Source of the DNA: a virus | Taxonomy: Duplodnaviria; Caudoviricetes | IMG/VR virus record: IMGVR_UViG_3300037333_000141 | Span: 1-56,130 of that record | Reading direction: 5' to 3' (one strand) | DNA: 56,130 nt | Part shown: in pieces, positions 19,201 to 29,723 of the stretch | How positions within the stretch are numbered: position 1 is the stretch's first letter | Layout: each line of letters opens with the position of its first letter | The notes under the pieces: generated by a model | Database searches by the model: none | The model's input: only the letters and a program-made list of their open reading frames with translations | Told to the model about the DNA's origin: nothing | Position numbers and translations under genes: made by a program

Positions 19201-20862
19201 TTAGAATTTAACTTGAATTTTACGAGCAAGTTTTAAAGAACGAGCATCACGATTTGCATCAACTACGATTTTACCGAGTAAACGTGTAACTTTATCACTA
19301 TCTTGATTTGTACCTAAGTCATCAGGGATAATAGGAAGACCTACACCACTAACTACAATACGCTTAGTATGTTCAGCTGGAACACCAATAACAAACATAG
19401 AGTGAGTTGTGTCGTCTGCTGGATAATCAATATCGTGTGTTGGATTATAGTAACAAGGTATAGTTCCATTAATATATCCAAGAAAACGAATTGAAGTTTC
19501 ATTTGTAATTACAACATTTGTTTTACTTGCATCAGTTGACAAAGCAGTAAATAATTTTAAAATACCAGCACCACCAAAAAGAACGATATTTGAAGTAAGA
19601 CCAGATTTTATAGCAATATCATTACGTGCTTCTTCTATGCGAATTAAAGCGTGTTTATTTTTTTCTGAGATTGTGTCTTCATCAGCGGAAGCAACATCAA
19701 CAACTTCACCAAAATCAGTAGCCCACATAAGACCCTTAGCAATTTTTTTAGCTTTTATCTCTTCTGATATTTTTGTAAGAGCTACATTTAAGTCGTTACT
19801 CATAAGTGAAATACCTGTAGATTGTAATACTTGACGAAGTTTTAAAGAGTTAATTTTAACATCTTGTGAGAATGTAATTGCAGTATAAATATTAGATACG
19901 ATGTCCGACTCTACACTTCCGCTAACTTCTGAAAGTTTATCAGCATTTAGTGAAGCCATAGCTACCATCTTTGTACCATCTGCAATATTATCTGAAACAG
20001 TAAGAACAATTTGACCATCATCATATTTGAACTCTACTTTGTAATCAATTCCATCAGCAGTAAGAGAACGAGTAGCAGTAGTTTCACGTGAAGTAACATT
20101 GAAGTCGTCAAAGAATATATTACCAGCAACAATAAGCTGATTTACACCACGCTCCATTGCATAGTTTTCTGTATCACTATCTACTTTTTTAACATCATAA
20201 GTATAAGTAAGTGTATCTGTAACAAACAGTTTTTCCATAACTCTTTCTAAACTTGAAAAAACACCACCAGCGTTTAGAGGAGTTATGAAATCTCCCTTAG
20301 ATAAATCACCCATAGCTCCACTTACAATAGGTTCAACTGATAAGATTTGGAATTTAGTGTTGTTCTTCCCGCTATTTGCTGGCGTTGCATCTGAAATGTT
20401 ACCAGCAAAAGGAACATCAGCACCTAAAATAGTAAGTATGTTTGCTTTTATATATGTAGCTACAACTTCTGCACCAGCAACATCACCTATACTATCTGCT
20501 TGAAATCTTCTTGCTACTTTTTCAGCAGCAACAATAGCAGTATCTATTTTATCTACTGTAAGTTTTACACCATTTTGTTGAGCAAATACTATCGAGTTTG
20601 CAATAACATCATCCATACTTAATGTTACATTTGCATCTAAAGCATCGTCAAAAGTATTTATAGAGTCAAACTGAGTTAAAGCACTTCCACTCGTAGCTTG
20701 TCTTAGACCAGCAACGGCAGTTGAAACAGCATCAGGTGTGATACTATCGAAGTTTACGCATTGAGAGATAAAAGAATGTCTCGCTTCTCTTTCGTCAATA
20801 ATTGTGTTTTGCATTTTTTTTGTTTCCTTCTTTTTTTGTTTTTTATAAAGATACTTAAACAA
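19201..20862 (-). CDS. Major capsid protein (P1 gp23-like); true start probably 20814 (MQNTII)
   Basis: ~540 aa, N-terminal FDS-rich propeptide, IRFLGYING..P.YY.P; AAGGA RBS before 20814. Confidence 0.75.
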   Translation of the reverse strand: MFKYLYKKQKKKETKKMQNTIIDEREARHSFISQCVNFDSITPDAVSTAVAGLRQATSGSALTQFDSINTFDDALDANVTLSMDDVIANSIVFAQQNGVKLTVDKIDTAIVAAEKVARRFQADSIGDVAGAEVVATYIKANILTILGADVPFAGNISDATPANSGKNNTKFQILSVEPIVSGAMGDLSKGDFITPLNAGGVFSSLERVMEKLFVTDTLTYTYDVKKVDSDTENYAMERGVNQLIVAGNIFFDDFNVTSRETTATRSLTADGIDYKVEFKYDDGQIVLTVSDNIADGTKMVAMASLNADKLSEVSGSVESDIVSNIYTAITFSQDVKINSLKLRQVLQSTGISLMSNDLNVALTKISEEIKAKKIAKGLMWATDFGEVVDVASADEDTISEKNKHALIRIEEARNDIAIKSGLTSNIVLFGGAGILKLFTALSTDASKTNVVITNETSIRFLGYINGTIPCYYNPTHDIDYPADDTTHSMFVIGVPAEHTKRIVVSGVGLPIIPDDLGTNQDSDKVTRLLGKIVVDANRDARSLKLARKIQVKF

Positions 20863-20897
20863 TACTAAAATATGTTTTAATAGTTGCTTAAGTATCT
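20849..20897. terminator. Long imperfect hairpin between darB and capsid
   Basis: AGATACTTAA (20849-58)/TTAAGTATCT (20888-97) plus inner pairing. Confidence 0.45.
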
Positions 20898-20908
20898 GAG
20901 TCTATATA

Positions 20909-23900
20909 CTAACTATGCAGCAACTCTGTTTGAAGATTGTAATTTTTTTCTAAATTTTCTGTTTCCAATATTAATTCTTTTAATTTAGTATCTGAAACCA
21001 TTTTACAAATATTGTTACTTGTGTAGTTAGGAATTTGAGCTAGGTCATTTTTGTAATTAATATTATACACTCTATCAATTCCAACTATACTTAAATACTC
21101 TAATTCCGTATCAATTAGATTTATTTTAGAAACATCGTAAATTAAATTATCTTTTTCACTTCTATAACTGAATAACTTTTCATTTTCTGAAACAGCTTTG
21201 TATGTTTCTATTTTAGGCTCTGCATAGATACCATCAGGTATTGACATAATAACATCATCTTGTAATGTAGAAACTTTGAAATCTATGTTTTCAGCTTCAT
21301 CTAATTTGTATAATAATTCCTCTTCAATAACTGAATATAAAGATTTTAAATAATCTTCAATAGTCATTTTTTTAGTAGCTTTTTTTAACTCTTTTTTGAT
21401 GTGTGCTTTAACATTTTTATCTTCTATCTCATCTATATGTTTAAACAATACATTAGATTTTTTTATTTCATCATCTAGCGTTTCTTTAACGGATGTTTTT
21501 ATAGCTATCTTTATGTCTTCAAAATTTTTATATCCATCTGATAGTTTGTTACTAATAGTTGCAGGAAATGATTTTAAAGATTTGATTTTACTCTCTATGA
21601 ATTTAATAACATCTAAAGTTATTGAAGTAGAATTTTTAATATAGTTCGGAACATATTCATCTATCTTGTAATTTAAACTTGCATAAGGTATATTTAAAAT
21701 ATTAGATACATATATTCGTTCATTTTCAACCATTCTGTTTATTGTTGATTTTAGTTTCAATGCTTCTTTTAAATCATCTTTTTTATTTCCCCAAACAATT
21801 TTCTCAATTTCTCTTAGCTTTGTCTGTTCCTTTTCTTTACGTATTTTTTTATACTCATTTATCTTTCTAGCGTCATCCCAATCTGTAGCAAATTCTTTAT
21901 CTTCAAAATATCCTATAGCTTTAGTATATAGCATAGACATTTCATCAGTTTCAATTTTGACACTATCTTTGTCCCTTTTAGAAATTGTGTCAATCCAATC
22001 CGATTTACTATCTATTAAATCAATCATAAAATCATCAAAGCTACCATTCTGAATATATTTATATACATTAACTTTGTCTATATCGTTTCCTTGTCTAACA
22101 CTTCTACCCATTGCTTGTTCCCATTGGTCTGGAGTGTTTGGAATATCAAGTAAGTGTACAGCACTAACGAATTTATTGAAGTCAACACCTACTTGTGCCT
22201 TTTTATTAAAAATCATAATACCAGGGTTTTGACTATCATTAAAATCTGTTTGCTCTTTAAACCCTTTTTCATCTGATTTTATAGTTACACCATTATAAAC
22301 TGTAACTTTGCTTTTTGGAAATTCAGCATTTAATGCACTCTCTAAAATTGAGTGGTAAGCTAAGTTGTCAACATATATAACTTGTTTCGCTTTAGGGTGT
22401 CGAGTAAACTCATTTTTCATTTTTTCAATAAGTGGTTTCACTTTAGTAAAAGCATCTAAGTCGTAAATGCTATCGCTATCTATCATTTTTGCAGTTTTAA
22501 GTAGCTTAATAACCTTTGTAATAGTTTCATAGTCTTTACTTGGTAATTGAAATATATCACCATCACCGCTAGTTTGCACAAAAGTATTTAATCCATTACC
22601 TCTTGCTATTTTACTTTGTACTATTTTTGTACCATAGTTTAAAATCGGTTGCATTGCAAAAATTGGTGTTTCTTTTGTAGGAATAATATTTATTTCCTCA
22701 TCAAAAGTAATAGAGTTTAAATAGTTTAAATCATAAGACTGTTTAAGTCTGTTAAACTTCTCTATCTTTATATCTATATTCACTTTCCCTACAACTTTTA
22801 AAAGTTCATCAATAGAGTATTTTTTATTTAACATAATAGGAGTAAAACCATAAGCAAAATTTGAAGCCATTGTACTTGCATTTGCTTTAGTGAAAAAACC
22901 GAACACTTCTCCAACTTGCTTTGACATTCTATACTCTGCGGTAGTAAGGTCTATACCATCTTCACCATTCTCGCGCATTTCTTTAGCTTTGTCTTTAAAG
23001 TCTTCAAACTGTTTTCTAATATGAGAGATAGTTTGAACTAATTTAGGATTAACTGATATATCTACTCTATTTTCTGTATAGTCAGGTTTCACTTTAACAA
23101 CTTTTCCTCTCTCTAATGCTTTTAATTGTTCGTCCTCTGCATTTCTGAAAACTGTTTTATCCCACCCCAACATATCTAACTGCTTTATGTTTCTGATTCC
23201 AACCAAACGTTCTTCTGATGATAAATCACCCGTAGATGGTTTAACACTTTCTTTAGTACCAACCTCGCAAAATCTATCTATGAAATCTTGTGCAGTCATT
23301 TGTCTATTATTTGCACCGCTTAATGTCATATTTGCAAATATCTCCTGTGGACTTGAAGTTGTAGGAGTTGCTGAAACCATTACTGCACCGCTTCTACTTT
23401 TACCACCATCCCGCTTCATTCTGATATATTCTGTTACATATGCCAGTTTAACGGCTTTAGCTGACGATTTTCCTTTAACACCTTTTATATCTCCTTTCAT
23501 AGAAAATACATTTTTGTAGTTTTGTGCTTCATCAACCAATAGAAAATCAACACCTAAGTTTTCAAAGTAAAGTTTTCCATTTTTTTCATAATCTTTATGA
23601 TTATAAGCTTCTATTCCTATATCAGCAAGAGGGAACTCATATATAGTTGCAGTTTCATCACGTGTTGTTTTTTTATTATTGTAAAGATATGATGTTGTCT
23701 CAGGCTTCATTTTTAAAGCACTATCTATGAACGGATGGGCAACTATGATTATTTTAGTACTTTTATTATTCATAACATATCTGGATAGCTCTGTATAGTC
23801 TTTAAAATTAGGGAACTCTTTTTTTGTATTTGCTTTCATATCAATATTAGATACAACTACATTGTTATTAAAAAACTCTTCTTTGTAAACTGATTTAGCT

Positions 23901-26443
23901 TCATTGATAAACTTAGTAAAAACAGTCTTTGGAGTTGCTATCATTACACGTTTTGCATTTCCACTTTGAATGGCTTTTATTGCTGATAAAAGTGCTGAAC
24001 GAGTTTTTCCAAGTCCAGTGCCCTGTGCAATAGTACCTTTTAATGTCTTAGCAAATTCTCTAGCATCACTATTTTGATAATGGTGTGACGTCTTTAAAAC
24101 CTCAGGTCTAACAGTATCTTTTAATTCTGTTAGTTCCTCTTCATAATAGCTAGGAGTTTCAAGAGATACTATCGCTTCACTATCTAATTTTGCTTGTATA
24201 TCTTCTTGTATGTCTTTTCTACGTGCAACTAATAATCTTGCCGTTTCATCTGCAATCACCATGTTTTCTGATAATGCAACTTTTACGATACTTATAGCTT
24301 TATCAATAGCTACTTTTTTATCTTTGTCGCTTCCTTTAACGTCTTTACCACTAAAGTAATTTGTAGCAAAACCTCTTTTGTATTGCATATTTCCGATACT
24401 ACATTTTGCACTTAAAAAAGAATTTATAATATCTCTATCACTATCGCTTAAATTTTTCATTAGTGCATCATATTTAACTTCAGGAAAATCCTCACTAATT
24501 GTTTTTTTAAATAATGCCAAATAGTTTTCAGTTATTTTTCCCATTTCTTTTGAAAAATCCCAACCATATTTTGCAATTCCATAACCTTTTATATCTGCAA
24601 GTCTAAAAGTTATATCATCATATTTTATAACTTCACGTCTATTTGACAGCTCTTTAAATAGTTTATTTTTTTCACTTTGTGTTATGTTCTTATTTTCTGA
24701 AACATTTTCTAAAGCTTCATCATATCTACTAGGTAAACTGAACAAATACTCTTTAAGTATATAGACTTTTTTACCAACTTGAAGTATCTCATCGTTATTT
24801 TCAATATCTTCAATAGTAAGCTCACTTGTGTTAACTACAAGACCGCCATCTTCGTACGATACTTTATCTTCTAAACCTAATTTAAAAAATACATTTTGCT
24901 TCTCTAATTTTACAGATCTTTCTAACTCTTCATAAGTGTCTTTAAATACACCATTATCTAAATCAAAGTTTTTCAATGTTTCAAGTGTTGCAATAACTTC
25001 GTTCTTAACCTTTCCTTTGAGTTTTAAAGATTTTACAATTTTCTCATAGTTAGCTAAAAGATATTCAATTCCATCTTTGTTTTCTATAATAAAATCTTTA
25101 GAATACTCTGTTCCATCTAAAAATAAAAAATAGTTTGCTAAATTTTCTTTAGTTCCAAAAGCGTGAGAAAATCTTCTAATACTGAAATATCTAAGTGAGC
25201 GTTTAAGTAATTTATCCAACTTGTTATCTCTTATTTGCTTCTCATATTTTACAATATCTTCAAAAGTTAATTCAGGCTCACCGCTTACGCTAACTTGACT
25301 TATCTCATCACGCATAATAGTTGCAAGTTTGCTCTCTAACTCTTCCTCATCAACTGTATCACTCTTAACTACTTTTTCTTGAATTAAAGTGCTGTAATCA
25401 ATAGTGTTATCAAACTTTGATTTTGTTAATAAATCGTGCTTAACTGTTTCTATTGTTTGCCCATCTTTTAACTCTACTACATCAGATACAAACTTGCCAC
25501 TTTCACCATTTTCTAAACGCTCTTCTTTGGTTGTTAGTTCTCCGAAAACATTATTTTTATGAGTGCTAAAATAAGTTCCATTTAAAAACTCTTTTTGCAA
25601 CTCATTATCTAAAATACCATCAATATAAGCATCAGGTTTTAAAATGATTTTTTCAGGGTGTTTCTCAAAGACTATAATGTCCACTACTACATCAGTACCA
25701 GTTTGTTTAAACATACCGCTAGGTAATCTATAAGCACCTAAAAAAGCACCTTTTTTAAGCATTTCTAATCTATCACTACGATAGTTTTTACCTTGAATTG
25801 TACGTGATGTAGTCATAAAGACTGCTTTTTTTTCATACTTAAGTAAATCAAGTGATTTTAATATGAAATAAATCTCATTTCGTTTTATGTTTTTATATTG
25901 CTCGTCAGAACTCATATTGACACTTTCTCTAGCACCAAATGGAACATTAGTAACAATACTATCTATTGAATTGAGTTTTATTGTTTTTGAGTACTCCTCA
26001 AATGTTGTACCTGCTTTAATGTCTGCATTATCATTTAAAATATTTGCAATGCTACCACTTATTTTATTGTAATCACAACCTAAAAAGCTTACACCTTGTG
26101 GGGCTTGTGCTATGATATTACCCGTTCCGCAAGATGGTTCTAAGAATGTAGCACCATCTTCAATATCAACTAAATTAAATAGTGCCTTAGATACCTCTTT
26201 AGGTGTATAATATTCATCAACACTACCAGCAGTACCATCTGCACCAAGACCACCACTACCCGTATATTTTGCCAACTCTCTTTTTTCATCTTCTGTATAG
26301 CTAGACTTATTAAGTCCAACTAATTCTACAGCTCTCTTATTTGCTTTTAGACGTGAGCTTTTGCTTTTTAAAACCTTATTTGAATAGTAAGGGTTTCCAA
26401 CATACAGTAAGTTTCTAAGTGTTGCTATTTTCTTTTTAATCAT
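20909..26443 (-). CDS. darB: DarB-like N6-adenine methyltransferase / SNF2 helicase fusion (anti-restriction internal head protein)
   Basis: KYTGSGGLG, EYYTP, LEPSCGTG, TNVPFG; Walker A QGTGLGKT, DEAQ, SATP, QAMGRSVRQGN. Confidence 0.9.
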   Translation of the reverse strand: MIKKKIATLRNLLYVGNPYYSNKVLKSKSSRLKANKRAVELVGLNKSSYTEDEKRELAKYTGSGGLGADGTAGSVDEYYTPKEVSKALFNLVDIEDGATFLEPSCGTGNIIAQAPQGVSFLGCDYNKISGSIANILNDNADIKAGTTFEEYSKTIKLNSIDSIVTNVPFGARESVNMSSDEQYKNIKRNEIYFILKSLDLLKYEKKAVFMTTSRTIQGKNYRSDRLEMLKKGAFLGAYRLPSGMFKQTGTDVVVDIIVFEKHPEKIILKPDAYIDGILDNELQKEFLNGTYFSTHKNNVFGELTTKEERLENGESGKFVSDVVELKDGQTIETVKHDLLTKSKFDNTIDYSTLIQEKVVKSDTVDEEELESKLATIMRDEISQVSVSGEPELTFEDIVKYEKQIRDNKLDKLLKRSLRYFSIRRFSHAFGTKENLANYFLFLDGTEYSKDFIIENKDGIEYLLANYEKIVKSLKLKGKVKNEVIATLETLKNFDLDNGVFKDTYEELERSVKLEKQNVFFKLGLEDKVSYEDGGLVVNTSELTIEDIENNDEILQVGKKVYILKEYLFSLPSRYDEALENVSENKNITQSEKNKLFKELSNRREVIKYDDITFRLADIKGYGIAKYGWDFSKEMGKITENYLALFKKTISEDFPEVKYDALMKNLSDSDRDIINSFLSAKCSIGNMQYKRGFATNYFSGKDVKGSDKDKKVAIDKAISIVKVALSENMVIADETARLLVARRKDIQEDIQAKLDSEAIVSLETPSYYEEELTELKDTVRPEVLKTSHHYQNSDAREFAKTLKGTIAQGTGLGKTRSALLSAIKAIQSGNAKRVMIATPKTVFTKFINEAKSVYKEEFFNNNVVVSNIDMKANTKKEFPNFKDYTELSRYVMNNKSTKIIIVAHPFIDSALKMKPETTSYLYNNKKTTRDETATIYEFPLADIGIEAYNHKDYEKNGKLYFENLGVDFLLVDEAQNYKNVFSMKGDIKGVKGKSSAKAVKLAYVTEYIRMKRDGGKSRSGAVMVSATPTTSSPQEIFANMTLSGANNRQMTAQDFIDRFCEVGTKESVKPSTGDLSSEERLVGIRNIKQLDMLGWDKTVFRNAEDEQLKALERGKVVKVKPDYTENRVDISVNPKLVQTISHIRKQFEDFKDKAKEMRENGEDGIDLTTAEYRMSKQVGEVFGFFTKANASTMASNFAYGFTPIMLNKKYSIDELLKVVGKVNIDIKIEKFNRLKQSYDLNYLNSITFDEEINIIPTKETPIFAMQPILNYGTKIVQSKIARGNGLNTFVQTSGDGDIFQLPSKDYETITKVIKLLKTAKMIDSDSIYDLDAFTKVKPLIEKMKNEFTRHPKAKQVIYVDNLAYHSILESALNAEFPKSKVTVYNGVTIKSDEKGFKEQTDFNDSQNPGIMIFNKKAQVGVDFNKFVSAVHLLDIPNTPDQWEQAMGRSVRQGNDIDKVNVYKYIQNGSFDDFMIDLIDSKSDWIDTISKRDKDSVKIETDEMSMLYTKAIGYFEDKEFATDWDDARKINEYKKIRKEKEQTKLREIEKIVWGNKKDDLKEALKLKSTINRMVENERIYVSNILNIPYASLNYKIDEYVPNYIKNSTSITLDVIKFIESKIKSLKSFPATISNKLSDGYKNFEDIKIAIKTSVKETLDDEIKKSNVLFKHIDEIEDKNVKAHIKKELKKATKKMTIEDYLKSLYSVIEEELLYKLDEAENIDFKVSTLQDDVIMSIPDGIYAEPKIETYKAVSENEKLFSYRSEKDNLIYDVSKINLIDTELEYLSIVGIDRVYNINYKNDLAQIPNYTSNNICKMVSDTKLKELILETENLEKNYNLQTELLHS

Positions 26444-26457
26444 AAAGTTTTACTTCC

Positions 26458-26874
26458 TTAAATTTGTGTTTCATAATACAGATAATCTACATCATCTACA
26501 TTTATCTCATTATTTGATAAGTTTACTTGCACATCACCAGTAGGATTAAAGTCTAACTCTTCAAACTCACTTAGATATAAAGCATAAGTTACAACCTCTT
26601 TCCAATCTTCTAAATCTTCCACAAGGTCCACATAATTTTCATTATATTTTATAAGGTTTTGAGGTTTTTTAATTGCTAAATCTTCAAGAATATCACTATG
26701 ACCTTTACTCTTAAGATACTCTAGCCAAGCATAGTAACCAACACCAAAAGATTTTAAAAATATCGGCTCATTGTAGTATGTATCAGATACAAACCTTTTT
26801 TCCATATTGTCTAAAACCTCATCTACTGTAAGCTCTAGTTTTTCCTCTAAATCTTGTATTAGTTCTTGTTTCAT
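26458..26874 (-). CDS. Hypothetical acidic protein in Dar cassette
   Basis: 138-aa ORF with AGGA RBS. Confidence 0.7.
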   Translation of the reverse strand: MKQELIQDLEEKLELTVDEVLDNMEKRFVSDTYYNEPIFLKSFGVGYYAWLEYLKSKGHSDILEDLAIKKPQNLIKYNENYVDLVEDLEDWKEVVTYALYLSEFEELDFNPTGDVQVNLSNNEINVDDVDYLYYETQI

Positions 26875-26884
26875 TATTTCATTC

Positions 26885-28657
26885 CTATTTATTTTGCAGT
26901 GATTGAAACTTTTTCAATTCTATATTAAGTCTAATCTTTTCTTTTAAATTCGTACTTCTTTTTATGCTAGAAATAATTGTATCTATTTTTAGCTGTAGTT
27001 CATCACTGTTCTCACGTTTATAATATTGCACTGAACTACTTTTTAAGAATCTTGCGAACTCATACTCTGTATTTGTAATTTCTAAAAAGCTACCATCTTC
27101 ATATTCTAAAGCTATAGGAAAATTTTCATACTTATCTTTCACTACTTTAGCACCATTATCTATCGCTAGTTTAGTGTGTTCTTTACGTGTCATTGTACCG
27201 TTACTATATCTATAAACCTTATTAAGTACTTTTCTAGCTTTACCTCTTTGAAGTGGCTTTAAAGTCATTAGAAAATCATAGGCAACACCATCTTCTTTTT
27301 TTTGTTTCTCTAACTCTGCTTCTTTTGCTATTTTTTCATCTTCAATTTTTTTGAGTTGCTCTTGCTGTCTTAAATTGTCTTTTTGATGTTTCTCTTCTTT
27401 TGTTTGGATTATAAAATTCATAACTACAGATTTCAGGTTATCATCTTTAATTAAAATAGGTCTATCATTAGATATAAATAATTCTATGTTTGTGCTAAAT
27501 GCACTAAGTGTACTTAGAAACATTTTTCTATCAACTAAAACACTTCCTAATACAATGTCATGAGCATTCTCAATAGAACCTATGAAGTTTTCATCTTCTA
27601 TCCAATTATCGTAACCGCTGTCATCTCCGCTAACAATATCATATATCGACACTACACCATCTTTTACCAATATTCTAACAATTCTTCTAGTTGCATTTTT
27701 AAGTAAAGATATTATTTCTTTATTTTTAATTTCTACTGATATGCTACTTGTTTCGCTAGGGACAATTCTATCAATATTTGGATATTCTTCTTTGATATTA
27801 CTTACTATCAAATCAAATTTTTTAGTTTTATACATAGATTTTTCTTCTCCAACTAGAAGTTTTTCAATCTTTGCCTTATTAGTAAAAAGTTTGTATGTCG
27901 GTACTACTATTTGCTTATCTGAATTGAGTTTTTTGTTTTCTATAAACAGCGACTTAGTATCAGTTGAAGCTAGCCTATCATTAACACCATCTACAAATAG
28001 ACCTTGTAGTGATACTTTATAACTTCTTTTATCTACTAATTCAATTAAGTCATCTACATTACTTAGTTCATCAATAACACTAATTGTAAAATCAATATCG
28101 ACTTCGTTTGAAGAGTGTACTGGACTATTACTTATAGTAAAAAAGTTATTGTTTTCTTTGTAAAGGCTTATTTCTCCATCAGTATTTAACTCAACATCAT
28201 CTACATCAAATTTATTTACAATATCTTTTATTATCGCACCATCTGACCCAATACCATAGGCAATTTTATCTTTTATAATTACAACATTAAACTTTTTAAA
28301 AAATGTTGGTAGGCTTATAAAAACTTTATTGTTTGCAATTTCCAATCTGTTTAAAATATTTGCATTATGTATGCTTGCATTTCTATCTATTTTTTCAAGT
28401 TCTGAAATATCTTTATCGTTGTAATCTTCTGAATTTTTATAGAAATTAGCTACGCTACTACTGTGAAAAACAACATAGAGTTTCTTACCTTTTTGAAATA
28501 GAGATATATTTCCAAACTCCTTTACTTTTTTCGTGAGCTTAATACCTTGCATATCAGGGAATAAGAGAAAATCTCTATCACCTAAATTATTTTTTTGCTT
28601 TACTTCATTAGATAGTGTTAAAAGTTTTAAACTCTCTACTTTTTCTTTTACGCTCAT
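26885..28657 (-). CDS. Protein with DNA Pol III beta-clamp-like domains plus polyvalent-protein-type C-terminal domain
   Basis: LQGLFVD...LASTD, IVVP, EYPNIDRIVP, FL..L, PILIKD...VVM resemble DnaN domains II-III; LQRGKARKVLNK...MTRKE. Confidence 0.7.
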   Translation of the reverse strand: MSVKEKVESLKLLTLSNEVKQKNNLGDRDFLLFPDMQGIKLTKKVKEFGNISLFQKGKKLYVVFHSSSVANFYKNSEDYNDKDISELEKIDRNASIHNANILNRLEIANNKVFISLPTFFKKFNVVIIKDKIAYGIGSDGAIIKDIVNKFDVDDVELNTDGEISLYKENNNFFTISNSPVHSSNEVDIDFTISVIDELSNVDDLIELVDKRSYKVSLQGLFVDGVNDRLASTDTKSLFIENKKLNSDKQIVVPTYKLFTNKAKIEKLLVGEEKSMYKTKKFDLIVSNIKEEYPNIDRIVPSETSSISVEIKNKEIISLLKNATRRIVRILVKDGVVSIYDIVSGDDSGYDNWIEDENFIGSIENAHDIVLGSVLVDRKMFLSTLSAFSTNIELFISNDRPILIKDDNLKSVVMNFIIQTKEEKHQKDNLRQQEQLKKIEDEKIAKEAELEKQKKEDGVAYDFLMTLKPLQRGKARKVLNKVYRYSNGTMTRKEHTKLAIDNGAKVVKDKYENFPIALEYEDGSFLEITNTEYEFARFLKSSSVQYYKRENSDELQLKIDTIISSIKRSTNLKEKIRLNIELKKFQSLQNK

Positions 28658-28661
28658 ATTT

Positions 28662-28883
28662 CTATACCTCTACAATATCATCAAATAAACTGTTTTTACT
28701 TAAGTCTGTATCATCTTTTAATTTACTGATTATATCTTCAAACATATCTTTAATGCTTGAATTTGTGTAAATAAGACGTTGTATCTCTTTAAGTGCTTTT
28801 GCTTTGTTTGCTTCACTTATTGTAGTGTCTGTAAAAAGATTTTCTAACTTATTACCTAAATTTTCCTCTTTTACAACATCAAA
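28662..28883 (-). other. In-frame 73-codon continuation of the Nudix gene beyond TAG (readthrough or nonsense mutation)
   Basis: GV*FDVVKEENLG...SLFDDIVEV*; fills the gap to the next gene. Confidence 0.6.
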
Positions 28884-29723
28884 CTAAACACCTTTTTTCA
28901 AGTATGCTATTACTAGATTTTTTTCAATAGGAATATGAAAATCTATTGTTTCACCATCTAATAAAGTTTCTTTATCTACAAATAAAAAGCTCTCAAACTC
29001 TTCATCATTATCTGAAGCATTGCTAGGATTACCTTTGCTCTCCATCTCAAAAAGTGCGATAGTTACTGCTTCGTTTGATAAATTTCCAAGTGATGTAATT
29101 TCGTCTTCTGAATAGATATAACCCGACTCCTCTTGTGCTTCTCTTATCATAGCTTCAAGTGGTGTTTCACCATCTTCTATACCACCACCGATGAAAGAGT
29201 ATTTACCACTATCTCTACGCTTTCCTATAAGATAGTTTCCTTTTTCATCAGTAATTAGTGAAACACTAGCAACTACATCACTTTTATTGTCTATGCTATC
29301 AGTTTGTATCTTGCCACCAAGAGAAAACATAGTTATTACACCATCAAACAGAGCTTCTACTTCGATAGCTTCTGAGTTTTGCTCATCTACTAATTTGTCA
29401 AGCTCTGAAACTATATCACTTGTAAAGAATTTTAAATCATCAAAAGTTAATTCAAGACCTTTATTTAAAATCTCTTTTGATTTTTTAAGTGTTTTATTAT
29501 CTTCTTTTTTTGTTTCAGCACCACTATTTAACTTTTTATATAAAGCTTCAATTTCATCACGTATTAAACTTTTTTCTTTACGTGATTTAGTTGATTTTAT
29601 TTTTCCATATCTAAGTTCAATTTCATCACGAATAGTACTTTTTTCTTTACGACTTAATGAGGTAGTAGTAACCTCATCAGTCTGTATCATCTTTCTAACT
29701 TTATGTTTTAGCATAGCAAACAT
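28884..29723 (-). CDS. Nudix hydrolase with N-terminal Dar-type helical repeat
   Basis: Nudix box GGIEDGETPLEAMIREAQEESG; duplicated SRKEKSxIRDEIE. Confidence 0.88.
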   Translation of the reverse strand: MFAMLKHKVRKMIQTDEVTTTSLSRKEKSTIRDEIELRYGKIKSTKSRKEKSLIRDEIEALYKKLNSGAETKKEDNKTLKKSKEILNKGLELTFDDLKFFTSDIVSELDKLVDEQNSEAIEVEALFDGVITMFSLGGKIQTDSIDNKSDVVASVSLITDEKGNYLIGKRRDSGKYSFIGGGIEDGETPLEAMIREAQEESGYIYSEDEITSLGNLSNEAVTIALFEMESKGNPSNASDNDEEFESFLFVDKETLLDGETIDFHIPIEKNLVIAYLKKGV

